DNA from: a bacterium
Lineage (GTDB): Bacteria; Patescibacteriota; Saccharimonadia; CAILAD01; BJGX01
DNA: 64,000 nucleotides
Direction of reading: 5' to 3'
NCBI GenBank assembly: GCA_029778565.1
Contig: JAKOQC010000510.1
Location: 18,838 to 82,837 of the forward strand
The position numbers and the translations under genes are program-made. Positions 1-10,363 of this stretch are shown piece by piece. Positions within the stretch are counted from its first letter, which is position 1, and each line of letters begins with the position of its first letter. The notes under the pieces are model-generated. The model was not told the DNA's origin. It was given only the letters and a program-made list of their open reading frames with translations, and made no database searches.

Positions 1-77
1 CTCTTTAACGGTAGCAGTAAAGAGTTTGTGGGTAATCCAGATGATATTTTCGAATTAAAAGCCGTTCTTATTGAATA

Positions 78-106
78 AGGGCTCTGCAAAACCTGCAGGG
101 CCCTTT
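78..106. terminator. Hairpin, probable intrinsic terminator
   Basis: AAGGGCTCTGCA-AAACC-TGCAGGGCCCTT inverted repeat. Confidence 0.55.
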
Positions 107-116
107 CACTATTTAG

Positions 117-148
117 TTGACATAACGGTATTTATATGATAGTATAAT
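117..148 (+). promoter_or_regulatory. sigma70-type promoter
   Basis: TTGACA (117-122), N17, TAGTAT (TATAAT also at 143-148); AGGAGG at 176-181 precedes TTG 189. Confidence 0.6.
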
Positions 149-188
149 CGAGTCCGTAGTCACCCGACTGATATCAGGAGGAAGAACC

Positions 189-797
189 TTGCCAGTAGCA
201 CCCGTAATGCTTCAATTCTGGTTTCGCCAAGGACGCCAGATCCCGCCCTACCTGCGTGGCCTCGAGCCGCGCGAAGATCATCTTGGATTCGATCTTTCGG
301 CTGCGCCGGGTGATAGTTTGATTGAAAAGACACATGGTGAAGCAATTGATCTTTCTAGTCTGCACGAAGAACTGCTGGCTGGTGGTCTCTTGCTGACTCA
401 TGCGAGCCGAGTTGATCGCATCTTCAGCGCAGATGAGTCTCTCGACGAGCGCTTCTATTATGTATTTCGTTTTCACTACTTCCCCGCACAGACTGCTGTC
501 CCTCGCGAAGGTGTCGACATCGAGCAGCTTGTGTTGAGTCTCGAAGAGATCAACAAGATGGCATTCTGGGGTGTACGTGCCGATCTCAACAACGGCAGGT
601 ATGGCCCTTGGATCTCGGTGAGCTGCAAGGGGCGTGTTCAGCGCTACACTGCAGAAGACCTGTCACGTCCAGAGATGCGCAACATCTACGATGCACGTGG
701 TGACAAGATCGGTTCAGCCCCTCTGGCTGCCAATCGTGCACTACATTATCTGGGTAACAATCACCTCTCTCTTAGCCAACCAGTAACGGTTAGCTAG
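189..797 (+). CDS. Hypothetical protein, GC-richer than flanks
   Basis: 202-aa ORF with SD, promoter and downstream terminator. Confidence 0.7.
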   Translation: MPVAPVMLQFWFRQGRQIPPYLRGLEPREDHLGFDLSAAPGDSLIEKTHGEAIDLSSLHEELLAGGLLLTHASRVDRIFSADESLDERFYYVFRFHYFPAQTAVPREGVDIEQLVLSLEEINKMAFWGVRADLNNGRYGPWISVSCKGRVQRYTAEDLSRPEMRNIYDARGDKIGSAPLAANRALHYLGNNHLSLSQPVTVS

Positions 798-813
798 AAG
801 AATATCTTTTTTT

Positions 814-848
814 AAGGCTGCAACAGCAATGTTGCAGCCTCTTTTATT
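814..848. terminator. Intrinsic terminator between convergent genes
   Basis: AGGCTGCAACA-GCAA-TGTTGCAGCCT followed by T tract. Confidence 0.75.
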
Positions 849-1068
849 ATCTTTCGCAGGCCAAAATATCGTAACTTGGGTTACGACCAATTGTCTCTTC
901 GAGACTGGTTTTTGGAAATACAGTCTGCTCTGGAAGGTTCTTTCTTACACATAACGTATGATGGGTAATAGAAAAAATAATGACAATTGCAAAAATAATA
1001 ATAAAAACAAACAAGAACATTAATACGTTACCCGTAAATTCTGTCTCGCGATCATCTTGATGTGCCAT
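847..1068 (-). CDS. Small single-TM membrane protein
   Basis: ATG overlaps polA stop (TAATG); hydrophobic stretch VLMFLFVFIIIFAIVIIF. Confidence 0.6.
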   Translation of the reverse strand: MAHQDDRETEFTGNVLMFLFVFIIIFAIVIIFSITHHTLCVRKNLPEQTVFPKTSLEETIGRNPSYDILACER

Positions 1069-3821
1069 TACTCTAAATCTCCCCAACTTTTACCTGTTTT
1101 AATACCGACCTCTATTGGTACGGCAAATGTATGAACTTTTGTCATCTCTGTCTCCATTATTTTAGCTACTTCTTTAATGTCTGTCTCTTTGCATTCTACT
1201 ATTAATTCGTCGTGAATTTGCAAGATTAAATTGGCCTCTGCGGGCAGTTTTTTATGAATACTAATCATCGCTAATTTCATCATATCGGCGGCTGTACCCT
1301 GGAGCGGCATATTTACCGCAGCTCTTTCGGCTGCCGAGCGAATAATAAAGTTGCTCGACCTAACATCGGGGCACGGACGGCGTCTGCCAAATAATGTTTC
1401 GGTATAGCCAACATCGTGTGCCATCTTCTTAATCTTGGCAATATAGTCGGCCACTGCTTTGCGAGTCTGGAAGTAGCGCTCGATAAATTCTTTGGCCTGT
1501 GCATAGTCAAAACCTGTAGCTACTGAGAGTCCGTGGGTGTTCATACCATATAACACACCAAAGTTTATCGCTTTGGCGGCATAGCGCTGCTCGGGCTTTA
1601 CTTCACTCGGTTTAATATTGAACATTTCGGCAGCAGTCTGGGTATGAATATCAGCACCATCAACAAATGCCTTTATCATTGGCTTATCCCCTGCCAAATC
1701 GGCCGCCAAACGTAGTTCTATCTGGCTATAATCGGCACTTACAAACATTCTACCCTCACCTGCTACAAAGGCCTTGCGAATTTGTTTACCTACCTCAGTG
1801 CGAACAGGAATATTTTGTAAATTAGGATTGGTACTACTTAGTCGACCAGTCTGTGCAATTGTCTGATTATAACTAGTGTGAATTTTGCCATCTTCTGCCA
1901 CGAGCTGTGGCAGAGCATCTACATAGGTACTTACCAGCTTGGTAAGTTCGCGATATTCAAATAGCTCATCTATTATTGGGTGGCGTCCACGCATTTTCTC
2001 TAGCTCAGAAGCTGCGGTACTGATACCGGTTTTGGTTTTCTTTAATCCTGTAGAATCTATCTTAAGTTGCTCAAACAAAATAGTTTGTAGTTGAGCCGGT
2101 GAGCTAACATTAAATTCTTTACCGGCGTGCTTCCAGATAGATTTACGCAGATTTTCAATCTTTGTAGCAAATTCTTTCGACAACTTTGCCAAAAACTGTT
2201 TATCGAGCGTAACTCCGGTAAGTTCCATATCACCCAGCACTTCAATTAATGGCCACTCAAGCATAGCTGCCATATCGGTGAGTTTTTTATTGCCAGTTGG
2301 TTCTGTTTTTAACTCCACCACTTGCTTTTGATACAATCGCCAGGCAATATCGGCATCCTCAGCCGCGTATTTGGTAGCTTCTTCTATAGGCACAACATTA
2401 AATGTTTCTTGATTCTTACCCTTTTTACCTATCAATTCTTCAATATCTATCATAGATATACCAAGTTCGCTATATGCTAGCTCCGATAATGTCTGCGCCC
2501 GACCGATTGGACTAATTAAGAATGCTGCTACCATGGTGTCGAAAACAATTGGGCCAAGCTGAATATCATTTTTTCGAAAAATCTCATAATCATACTTAAT
2601 GTTATGGCCAAGTTTGCCTATCTTACTACCCTCTAAAATAGGTTTGAGTGCGGCAAGTACAACTTGTTTAGGCAACTGCTTGCCCGTGTCGTGGCCTACA
2701 GGAATATAATATGCTTCACCTTCTTTATATGAGAGCGAGATACCTACTAATTCAGCCTGCATAATATCTACGCTAGTTGTTTCGGTATCAACCGATATAA
2801 CTGTCTTCTTGTTTAATTCAGCGATTAGCTTTTGCAAATCGGCGTCGGTATTTACACAATGATATTTCGCCTTTTTAAGATGCTCTCGATTAAACTGCTC
2901 GGCCTGCGTAGCTGTTTCTTCTTCGAATAAGTTGGCTTGCGGGGCATCAGCTACTGTCTGTCCAGGTAATTTAGAGAGTAAACTCTTAAATTCTAGTTGA
3001 TGAAACAGATCGTACACTTTTTTTCTATCATATTCGTGCAAGGCAGCATCACGCAGATCAAAGCTAAATTGCACATCTCGTTTAATGCGAGAAAGCTGTA
3101 AAGAAAGATAAGCACTGTCTTTACCAGCCTCAAGTTTTTTAGCCAGAGCTGGCTTAATATCTTCGAGATGCTGGTACATGTTATCGAGCGTTTTGTACTC
3201 TGCAACTAATTCTGTCGCTCCTTTGTCGCCAATACCAGCAACACCGGGAATATTATCACTACTATCCCCTTTTAGAGCCTTATAAACCACAAATTCTTCT
3301 GGAGTTACCCCATATTTTTCTTCCACTTCTTTTGGGGTATACAAAAACGTATCAGTAAAGCCTTTGCGCATAGTATAAATACCCACATGATCACTCACTA
3401 GTTGAAGTTCGTCCATATCACCAGTCACCACCACGACCTCGTGATTTTTTTCGTACTGGGCTGTTAATGTGCCAATAATATCATCGGCCTCATAGCCTGG
3501 CGCCTCTATAAGTGGAATATTAAATGCTTCTACCACATCTTTTGTAATAGGTAACTGGGCGTAGAGCTCGTCTGGTGCCTTTTTGCGGGTGGCTTTGTAG
3601 TCTTTGTAGTCATCGTGCCGAAACGTCTTACCAGGCGCATCCCAGGCCACTACAGCATAGTCTGGTTTTAGCTCACGCAGTGCCAAGAGCATCATCATGG
3701 TAAAGCCATACACGGCATTGGTAGGGGTTCCATCTTTGGTAGTTAGATATGGAATAGCATGAAATCCACGATGCACCAAGGCATGGCCATCAAAAATTAC
3801 GATTTTTTTGCGTGCACTCAT
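1068..3821 (-). CDS. polA: DNA polymerase I
   Basis: 5'-3' exo (DGHALVHRGFHA, EADD), 3'-5' exo (DTET), pol motifs ADYSQIELR, KAINFGVLYG, QIHDEL. Confidence 0.98.
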   Translation of the reverse strand: MSARKKIVIFDGHALVHRGFHAIPYLTTKDGTPTNAVYGFTMMMLLALRELKPDYAVVAWDAPGKTFRHDDYKDYKATRKKAPDELYAQLPITKDVVEAFNIPLIEAPGYEADDIIGTLTAQYEKNHEVVVVTGDMDELQLVSDHVGIYTMRKGFTDTFLYTPKEVEEKYGVTPEEFVVYKALKGDSSDNIPGVAGIGDKGATELVAEYKTLDNMYQHLEDIKPALAKKLEAGKDSAYLSLQLSRIKRDVQFSFDLRDAALHEYDRKKVYDLFHQLEFKSLLSKLPGQTVADAPQANLFEEETATQAEQFNREHLKKAKYHCVNTDADLQKLIAELNKKTVISVDTETTSVDIMQAELVGISLSYKEGEAYYIPVGHDTGKQLPKQVVLAALKPILEGSKIGKLGHNIKYDYEIFRKNDIQLGPIVFDTMVAAFLISPIGRAQTLSELAYSELGISMIDIEELIGKKGKNQETFNVVPIEEATKYAAEDADIAWRLYQKQVVELKTEPTGNKKLTDMAAMLEWPLIEVLGDMELTGVTLDKQFLAKLSKEFATKIENLRKSIWKHAGKEFNVSSPAQLQTILFEQLKIDSTGLKKTKTGISTAASELEKMRGRHPIIDELFEYRELTKLVSTYVDALPQLVAEDGKIHTSYNQTIAQTGRLSSTNPNLQNIPVRTEVGKQIRKAFVAGEGRMFVSADYSQIELRLAADLAGDKPMIKAFVDGADIHTQTAAEMFNIKPSEVKPEQRYAAKAINFGVLYGMNTHGLSVATGFDYAQAKEFIERYFQTRKAVADYIAKIKKMAHDVGYTETLFGRRRPCPDVRSSNFIIRSAAERAAVNMPLQGTAADMMKLAMISIHKKLPAEANLILQIHDELIVECKETDIKEVAKIMETEMTKVHTFAVPIEVGIKTGKSWGDLE

Positions 3822-3837
3822 AGTGCTAATTATCTCA

Positions 3838-4590
3838 TTAAGTAGTGAGTGAGGCTAGCTTAATCATATTAAATAACTCTCTCTGGGCTTGAGCAATTTG
3901 TGGACTATGAATAATAGTGCCAATAACTTCTTCGCCAAAACTCAGATACGCCACTTTATCACCATAGATATTTATCTCTACTGGCATGTTAAACAGCTTT
4001 GGGTCGTAAAATGTACGGGTTAGGAGCATTTTTTTATCTACATCTTTGCGATGGTTGGCCTCTGGTGTATCTGGTGTAAGAGCCTCTACTTTTAATTTAC
4101 GTTTTACTCGTGTCTTCACAAAATTATCCAAAAATTTCTCGCCCATATAGTCGTGCTGATTTGGTGTCATAATGAGATGAAAGTCTTTTTTTGTATCTAG
4201 AATGTCTTGGTAAACTCTTTCGAGTGCTTCTCTGCCATGAAAATATAATATCTCCGGTTGTTCTGTAGTCTGGTAGTACTGTTTTACCAAAGCAGGCATT
4301 ATTGAATTTAATTTGTACTCATTATTTAAAATAATATTTCTTCGTCGCTCGACAAAGGCTTCTAGATTGACCGGGTGGGTTGCTTCATAGCGAGCAGTTT
4401 TTAGCCGAGTATCTTTTTTTACCAATCCAACAGCTTCAAGTTTTTGGAGTATAGAATAGGTATTAGTGCGTGTTTCACCGATTGCTTCGGCAAGTTTGGA
4501 GGGGCTAAGCATACCTAGTTGAAGTAATTTTGTATATGCCTTGGTTTGGCCCTCATTAAGACCAATACCATTAAGTATTTCTGTATCCAT
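3838..4590 (-). CDS. TrmB-family transcriptional regulator
   Basis: N-terminal wHTH (RTNTYSILQKLEAVGLV), C-terminal EINIYGDKVA typical of CPR TrmB proteins. Confidence 0.85.
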   Translation of the reverse strand: MDTEILNGIGLNEGQTKAYTKLLQLGMLSPSKLAEAIGETRTNTYSILQKLEAVGLVKKDTRLKTARYEATHPVNLEAFVERRRNIILNNEYKLNSIMPALVKQYYQTTEQPEILYFHGREALERVYQDILDTKKDFHLIMTPNQHDYMGEKFLDNFVKTRVKRKLKVEALTPDTPEANHRKDVDKKMLLTRTFYDPKLFNMPVEINIYGDKVAYLSFGEEVIGTIIHSPQIAQAQRELFNMIKLASLTT

Positions 4591-4619
4591 ATTCTCAACA
4601 TTACTCCAGTTATATTTTT

Positions 4620-4638
4620 TGTCAATTATATTTTGACA
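4620..4638. promoter_or_regulatory. Inverted repeat, candidate TrmB operator
   Basis: TGTCAA-N7-TTGACA just upstream of the regulator. Confidence 0.45.
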
Positions 4639-4745
4639 ATTATTGTATTTACTATCAGATATATTTACACTTTTGTTAATTAATTATTGATATTTTTTAC
4701 TATTGATAATATATTTACTTGCATACTATTTACACGAGAAAATAA

Positions 4746-4774
4746 TTGACATAATAGCTATAGTATGATACTAT
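4746..4774 (+). promoter_or_regulatory. sigma70-type promoter
   Basis: TTGACA-N17-TACTAT with TG extension. Confidence 0.6.
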
Positions 4775-4926
4775 TAATATCCTTAATTGAGTTTTGATTC
4801 CCGACACCAGAAAATAATCAATTGTTTTGATGTCGGTAACCAAACCGAGCGCCACACACTGTCGCGCTGGCAACAAGCCAAAAGTACAGTCTAGAACCTT
4901 TACATGCCATCTCTGAGGAGGTGAAA

Positions 4927-5238
4927 ATGGAACTCTTTGATTTCTTGGTAATCTTTTTGATTGTCTGTGCTGCTGCGGCAGTAATTGTCTATGCATTAAC
5001 ATCGAGCAACAGTAAAAGAGAACGAGCGATTGCCAGAAGTCCGGCTGGAGCCGGTGTTGAACCTGGTGACAGTATGGCTGAGATTCAGACTAAGAACTAT
5101 AATTACCATTGTGTAATAGAAGCTGCCCGAATTTTTGGCGATATCCGTCATCAAGACCAAATGATCCCCATCTTAACTGAACAACAAAGAAAAGATGTAG
5201 ATAATTTTTTGGCTGATTTCTACGGAAGAAACCAGTAG
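4927..5238 (+). CDS. Small membrane protein
   Basis: GAGGAGGT SD, N-terminal TM helix. Confidence 0.7.
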   Translation: MELFDFLVIFLIVCAAAAVIVYALTSSNSKRERAIARSPAGAGVEPGDSMAEIQTKNYNYHCVIEAARIFGDIRHQDQMIPILTEQQRKDVDNFLADFYGRNQ

Positions 5239-5286
5239 ATCAGGTACAACAAGCTACACCCCACCCACCAACCCGAAGGGAAAAAC

Positions 5287-6291
5287 ATGGGAAACTCCTA
5301 CAGAGACAGTAGTTATGGAATGAGTAAGGGCAAGATTGCCACGATCTGCATCGCGGTTGTCGTGCTCATCGTGGCCATCGCATCACTTCTGATGATCACG
5401 TGGGTTTCAGTGCCACCCGACAAGATCGCGCTGCACTACACCGGTGGCCCCATTCAGGGTACCCACTTCGTAGAGGTAGTTCAGCCCGGTACCGGTACCA
5501 AGGCCTACGGCCTGCTCGAGAACATGTACATGCTTCCGAGTACCCAACGCACCTACATCATCAGCAAGGACCCTAACGAGGGTGACAAGAAGGGCGTCGA
5601 TTTCATCGCTGCACCTTCGAGCGACAACGTACCGTTCACCTTCGAGGTTGCGGTCTACTTCAAACTCAACACCAAGCCAGAGACCCTACGCCAGTTCTTC
5701 GAGCAGGTCTGTCTGCACGATGACTGCTGGGATCTTGACCCCGGCAAGGGCTGGGATCAGATGTTGGCCCAGTACTTCAAGCCCGCTATCGACAACGCTC
5801 TGCGTCTCGAAGCCGGCAAGTACGACCGTGAGCATCTGTATCACGACCCAAACACATTAGTAGCTATCCAGAACGCCGTTGGCTCGAGCCTGAAAGACCG
5901 CATCAACAACGCGGTCGGCGGAGAGTACTTCTGCGGACCGGACTCCAACGACAATACCTGTACCAACTTTGGCGTTGTAGTAAAGAACCCCACTCCTCCC
6001 GAAAACGTCGTGCAGGAGTATGGCAACACAGCTGCTGCCCAACAGCACGTCAACACCGAGCAAAGCAACGCCGACGCCAAGGTCAAGGCGGCCACGGGTG
6101 ATGCGGACGCGCAGAATGCACGAGCCAATGCCAAGCCGCTCACGCAAGAGCAGCTCGACTACATCCGCGCCCAGGCCATGCAGGCTTGCGCCACCAATAA
6201 CAACTGTACCCTAGTAATCACCGATGGTGGTACCAACGTAAACGTCAATACGGGCAAGAACCCTACGACAACGGCGGCACCACAAAAGTAA
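5287..6291 (+). CDS. SPFH/band-7 domain membrane protein
   Basis: N-terminal TM, SPFH-like core (SSDNVPFTFEVAVYFKLN), Ala-rich coiled coil; high GC3. Confidence 0.85.
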   Translation: MGNSYRDSSYGMSKGKIATICIAVVVLIVAIASLLMITWVSVPPDKIALHYTGGPIQGTHFVEVVQPGTGTKAYGLLENMYMLPSTQRTYIISKDPNEGDKKGVDFIAAPSSDNVPFTFEVAVYFKLNTKPETLRQFFEQVCLHDDCWDLDPGKGWDQMLAQYFKPAIDNALRLEAGKYDREHLYHDPNTLVAIQNAVGSSLKDRINNAVGGEYFCGPDSNDNTCTNFGVVVKNPTPPENVVQEYGNTAAAQQHVNTEQSNADAKVKAATGDADAQNARANAKPLTQEQLDYIRAQAMQACATNNNCTLVITDGGTNVNVNTGKNPTTTAAPQK

Positions 6292-6300
6292 CCATCACAT

Positions 6301-6356
6301 ACCGGCACTAGTTTGTCCCGACATTTCGTCGGAACATCCATAGGCCGGTTTTTTTA
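6301..6356 (+). terminator. Long hairpin terminator
   Basis: ACCGGC..CCGAC-ATTTC-GTCGG..GCCGGT followed by T tract. Confidence 0.65.
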
Positions 6357-6375
6357 TATACGCTATAATTAATAC

Positions 6376-6648
6376 ATGAATGAAATTCGTCACGACTTAG
6401 GCTACCGCGATGAGTTGCCATCAGAAGAAAGCCAGCGAGCTATGCGACGGATATTAGCCGGTGAACCGCCAAATGATCCTGAACAGGACTGGAAGTTAGA
6501 CGAAGAAACCAAAGAAATAGGTCGCAAAGGTGTTGCCGATACTCGTGCTATCTTAGAAGCCAAACGCAAACAAAGTCTTGGCGAAGCACTAACACCGCAA
6601 GAGGAAGAAATATTAGCCAATCTGTATCGGCAAGAAGCCGAACAATAA
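6376..6648 (+). CDS. Hypothetical protein
   Basis: 90-aa ORF, TATAAT 6 nt before ATG. Confidence 0.7.
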   Translation: MNEIRHDLGYRDELPSEESQRAMRRILAGEPPNDPEQDWKLDEETKEIGRKGVADTRAILEAKRKQSLGEALTPQEEEILANLYRQEAEQ

Positions 6649-6681
6649 AAAAATACCCGCCATATTAGCGGGTATTTTTTT
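6647..6681. terminator. Bidirectional terminator
   Basis: AAAAAATACCCGC-CATATTA-GCGGGTATTTTTT. Confidence 0.85.
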
Positions 6682-6695
6682 ATATAGACAGGAAA

Positions 6696-7814
6696 TTATT
6701 GAATATAATCTTTGAGTTTTTTACTGTCTTTATGTTTGCGTAGTTTGGTAAGAGCCTTAGCCTCAATCTGGCGAATACGTTCGCGGGTAACACCAAACTC
6801 TTGACCAACTTCTTCGAGAGTATGACTACGGCCATCTTCTAGCCCAAAGCGCATACGCAAGATTTTTTGCTCACGCGGGGTTAGCAGATCGAGTGTTTCG
6901 TCAATATGCTCTTTAAGTAGCTCAAACGTAGCAGCTTCTTCTGGGCTTACCCCTTCTTGGTCTTCAATAAAGTCTCTTAGACTACTATCGTCATCTTCAC
7001 CAACTGTAGCATCGAGACTCGTGGTGTCTTGGCTAATCTTCATAATATGATTCACCTTCTCAACATCAATCTCCATCTCTTTGGCTACTTCTTCGGGTAA
7101 TGGCTCACGACCGAGTTCGGTCGTAAGACGTCGCTGGGTGCGAATAAGTTTGTTGATCGTTTCTACCATGTGTACGGGGATTCGTATAACACGGGCTTGG
7201 TCGGCAATAGCGCGAGTAATGGCTTGGCGAATCCACCAAGTGGCATAAGTACTAAATTTAAAACCCTTAGTGTAATCAAACTTTTCTACTGCACGTAAAA
7301 GTCCGGTGTTACCTTCTTGAATTAGGTCGAGAAGATCGAGCCCACGACCAATGTATTTCTTGGCAATACTAACTACCAAGCGCATATTCGCTTCGGCCAG
7401 GGCATCCTTAGCAGCTTTATCACCTTTCTCAATTCGCTTGGCAAGTGCTACTTCTTCTTCACCAGATATAAGTGGGATTTTCCCTATTTCTCTCAAATAA
7501 AGTCGTACTGAGTCATCGGCAATGTCTTTAATATACTCATCACTGGTAGCTTTTTCGACATCTTCTTCGGTCTCGGTTTGCCAGATCATTTTTTCTTTTT
7601 GATCAACTACTTCAATACCCTGATCGATAAGAGTTGAATAAAGATCATCAAGGCCATCGACATTGTTTTCGGCATCAGGAATTGTCGACATAATTTCTTG
7701 TTGGGTAACAAATCCTTTGGTGCGACCTTTTTTTACGAGCTTGTCGATAGCTTCTTCATTTTGCATTTCTTCGTCGGTAAGTTCACTTGGAATAGGGGCA
7801 GATTTTTTTGGCAT
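6696..7814 (-). CDS. rpoD: Primary RNA polymerase sigma factor
   Basis: [36 protein letters not shown]; downstream of dnaG. Confidence 0.98.
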   Translation of the reverse strand: MPKKSAPIPSELTDEEMQNEEAIDKLVKKGRTKGFVTQQEIMSTIPDAENNVDGLDDLYSTLIDQGIEVVDQKEKMIWQTETEEDVEKATSDEYIKDIADDSVRLYLREIGKIPLISGEEEVALAKRIEKGDKAAKDALAEANMRLVVSIAKKYIGRGLDLLDLIQEGNTGLLRAVEKFDYTKGFKFSTYATWWIRQAITRAIADQARVIRIPVHMVETINKLIRTQRRLTTELGREPLPEEVAKEMEIDVEKVNHIMKISQDTTSLDATVGEDDDSSLRDFIEDQEGVSPEEAATFELLKEHIDETLDLLTPREQKILRMRFGLEDGRSHTLEEVGQEFGVTRERIRQIEAKALTKLRKHKDSKKLKDYIQ

Positions 7815-7836
7815 AAATCTCCAATATAATTAATTG

Positions 7837-9585
7837 CTAATCATTCTCGTCGTTTAATAGACGCTGATATTGTTGTAATAATTTGTGAGCCGTCTCTTGA
7901 TTACCCTCGGCTTCAGCCAGAGCAATCTGACGACTAAGTACTCGCTTCTGTTTTTCTCGATATATTCGAACTAATCTATTTACTTGGGTAAAGGCTTCGA
8001 GCCGTGCGTCGTGCTCTGATAAATCAGAGTTCACTTCTTCTCCCCGTAGTGTCAAAATCTTAACATAGTTAGAAGATTCAGGCAAGAGTTTTGCCAGCTT
8101 CTCGCTCGTAAGACCTGTCTGTTTTAGTAACTCCGTAAAAATTGTTTTGTGACGTTCACTAATATATTCTACTCGTAAATCACCAAGTGCACTGCGAGTC
8201 TCTAAGCGTGTTAGTAAAATTTCTAAAAGGGTTTGTTCTATCTGTTCTTGACGGGTTAATTTAGGTTCTTTTGTTCCCTCTAGCTCAGCTGGCTTTACTT
8301 CTTGCATAGGCGCGGGTGTGCCGGTTAATTTACGCACAATTGCATCTTCGCTAACATCTAGTATCTGGGCAACCTTAGCCACATAGTGTGCCTGCTCTAT
8401 ACTATCGTGCATACCTGCAATTATCGGTAATACAAACTGTGCAAACTGCTTTTTGCCATAGGCTGTGTTAGTATCATACTTTTGCATTCCAAAACGTATT
8501 AAGTAGTCTGGAGCATATTCAGCGCGCTTAAGTGCTTCGTCCCAAGCTTTTTTATCTTTCTTAATTAATTCGTCAGGGTCTTTCGCTCCTGTATAGCTAA
8601 CAACCGAGAGTCGTACATCTAAACCATCACCAAGTTTAATTGCCCGCGCCGTAGCTTCTACACCGGCCTCATCTTGATCAAAGCAAAGCAGAATATTTTT
8701 ACTTAATCTACCAAGATTTTTCAACTGAAACTCACTAAAGGCAGTGCCACTTACAGCTACAGCGTTCTGGTAGCCATGATTACTCAGTCCTACCACATCC
8801 ATATTTCCTTCTACCACAATTACTGCATCTTTTTTTAGGATAGCTTCTTTTGCTTGAGCAAAACCATAGATAACCTGGTTCTTCTGATATATTGGAGTTT
8901 CTGGGGTATTAATATATTTAGCCGCACTAGCATTTTTATCTAAAATACGTGCCGAAAAACCGACTACACGTTTCTGTGCATCAAAAATAGGAAACATTAA
9001 CCGTCCACGAAATAGATCGTAGACAGTATTGCGCCCTGCCTTCTGGGCAACCAGGCCGGCCTGCTTTAGTTCTGTTGCCGTGTAGCCTTTTTGGGTTAAA
9101 AATTTGCTCAAACTATCCCAGCTATCGGGACTGTAACCAAGTTTGTAACGTTTAATTACCTCACTACTCAACCCTCGCTCTTTCTTACAGTAAGCCAAAG
9201 CTAGGGTATTTTTGGATAATGCTAGGTGAAAATACTTCATTGCTTCTTCATTAGCATCATACAGACGCTGTTTATTCTGGCGTTTTTCTCCAGATTGATT
9301 AGAGCGCGGTTTTAGCGTAACTCCAGCTTTTTTAGCAAGCATCTCGAGAGCATCATAAAATTCTAAACCTTCTTGAAGCATCACAAAAGTAAAGATGTCA
9401 CCACCTTTACCGGTACTAAAATCGTGCCAAATGTTTTTTTCAGGGCTCACAATAAAGCTTGGAGTTTTTTCTGCCTTAAACGGACTTAACCCCTTAAAAT
9501 TTGCGCCGGTTTGTTTAAGAGGAACATAAGAACCAATTACCTCAACGATATCAAGGCGTTGTTTTATTTCATCAACCTCATTCAT
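7837..9585 (-). CDS. dnaG: DNA primase
   Basis: FRGRLMFPI, KYINTPET, TOPRIM VEGNMD and FDQDEAG, KDPDE. Confidence 0.97.
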   Translation of the reverse strand: MNEVDEIKQRLDIVEVIGSYVPLKQTGANFKGLSPFKAEKTPSFIVSPEKNIWHDFSTGKGGDIFTFVMLQEGLEFYDALEMLAKKAGVTLKPRSNQSGEKRQNKQRLYDANEEAMKYFHLALSKNTLALAYCKKERGLSSEVIKRYKLGYSPDSWDSLSKFLTQKGYTATELKQAGLVAQKAGRNTVYDLFRGRLMFPIFDAQKRVVGFSARILDKNASAAKYINTPETPIYQKNQVIYGFAQAKEAILKKDAVIVVEGNMDVVGLSNHGYQNAVAVSGTAFSEFQLKNLGRLSKNILLCFDQDEAGVEATARAIKLGDGLDVRLSVVSYTGAKDPDELIKKDKKAWDEALKRAEYAPDYLIRFGMQKYDTNTAYGKKQFAQFVLPIIAGMHDSIEQAHYVAKVAQILDVSEDAIVRKLTGTPAPMQEVKPAELEGTKEPKLTRQEQIEQTLLEILLTRLETRSALGDLRVEYISERHKTIFTELLKQTGLTSEKLAKLLPESSNYVKILTLRGEEVNSDLSEHDARLEAFTQVNRLVRIYREKQKRVLSRQIALAEAEGNQETAHKLLQQYQRLLNDEND

Positions 9586-9657
9586 ATTCTAAATTATAGG
9601 CTTTAAAGCGTACAAAAAGCAAAAAGCAACCCTCATTAACTGAGAGCTGCTACTTAT

Positions 9658-10080
9658 CTACCAAGTAAGTGGTAATGTTTCGATATCATTTATTTTAGTA
9701 TTGCCGTCTGACTTTTGTTCGCCATCTTGAAGCTGCTTTAGCAAAGCAAGCGACTCTGGCCTATCTCGAAACCGACGAAGACACTGGCGAGCTTCACGAT
9801 CGGCTAACTCAGAAAGTTCAGCGATGTAACGTGTTTGCGACGCTTCAGCGTCAGAAAGTGAACCACCAGTTCTAGCAATACCTTTCTCGTTACGGCCTTC
9901 AACCGCACGAGCAATATAGCTACCAATTTCGTTCTGAAAAGGTTTCAATTCTGGGTGCTCAGCGAGCAAATTATTCTTAGCTGTTGCAATAATAACTATC
10001 AATTCACTTGTAGAAATAAAGTATCTACCAGGGACAAAATTACCCATCGTTCTCTGCACTTTCTGTGTAATATTGAACAA
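9658..10080 (-). CDS. Hypothetical protein (possible frameshifted continuation of the upstream ORF)
   Basis: 140-aa ORF overlapping 10040-10363 by 41 nt. Confidence 0.5.
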   Translation of the reverse strand: MFNITQKVQRTMGNFVPGRYFISTSELIVIIATAKNNLLAEHPELKPFQNEIGSYIARAVEGRNEKGIARTGGSLSDAEASQTRYIAELSELADREARQCLRRFRDRPESLALLKQLQDGEQKSDGNTKINDIETLPLTW

Positions 10081-10363
10081 GCTCTTCTACCGTGTCGATA
10101 AAGAGAGCATTTTCGCGCAATCTATCTATAGCTCGATTAACTGCCGTGCTCTCGCTGTATTCTTGTTCCAAAAAGTACTGTATATCGCGCCAAAGATACG
10201 TCTCGAGGGTCGATCGTCTCGACACATCAAGACGTAAAGAAGTTTTTTCATTTATCAGTACGCCCCTGTCTTTCAACTGTCGGCGTAATTCATTTTCGAG
10301 CTTCTGCTGTGGGCTCAGTCGAACTACCAAAGGTTTAGACTTTGGTGGGTCAAGCGCACTCAT
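10040..10363 (-). CDS. Hypothetical protein
   Basis: AAGGAGG SD; ATGA overlap with upstream gene. Confidence 0.6.
   Translation of the reverse strand: MSALDPPKSKPLVVRLSPQQKLENELRRQLKDRGVLINEKTSLRLDVSRRSTLETYLWRDIQYFLEQEYSESTAVNRAIDRLRENALFIDTVEELVQYYTESAENDG

Noticed and set aside
7837-9585. dnaG zinc finger lacking Cys (GLSPF..WHDF) as a defect
   Set aside because: This Cys-less variant is, to my knowledge, common in CPR primases; the rest of the protein is intact.
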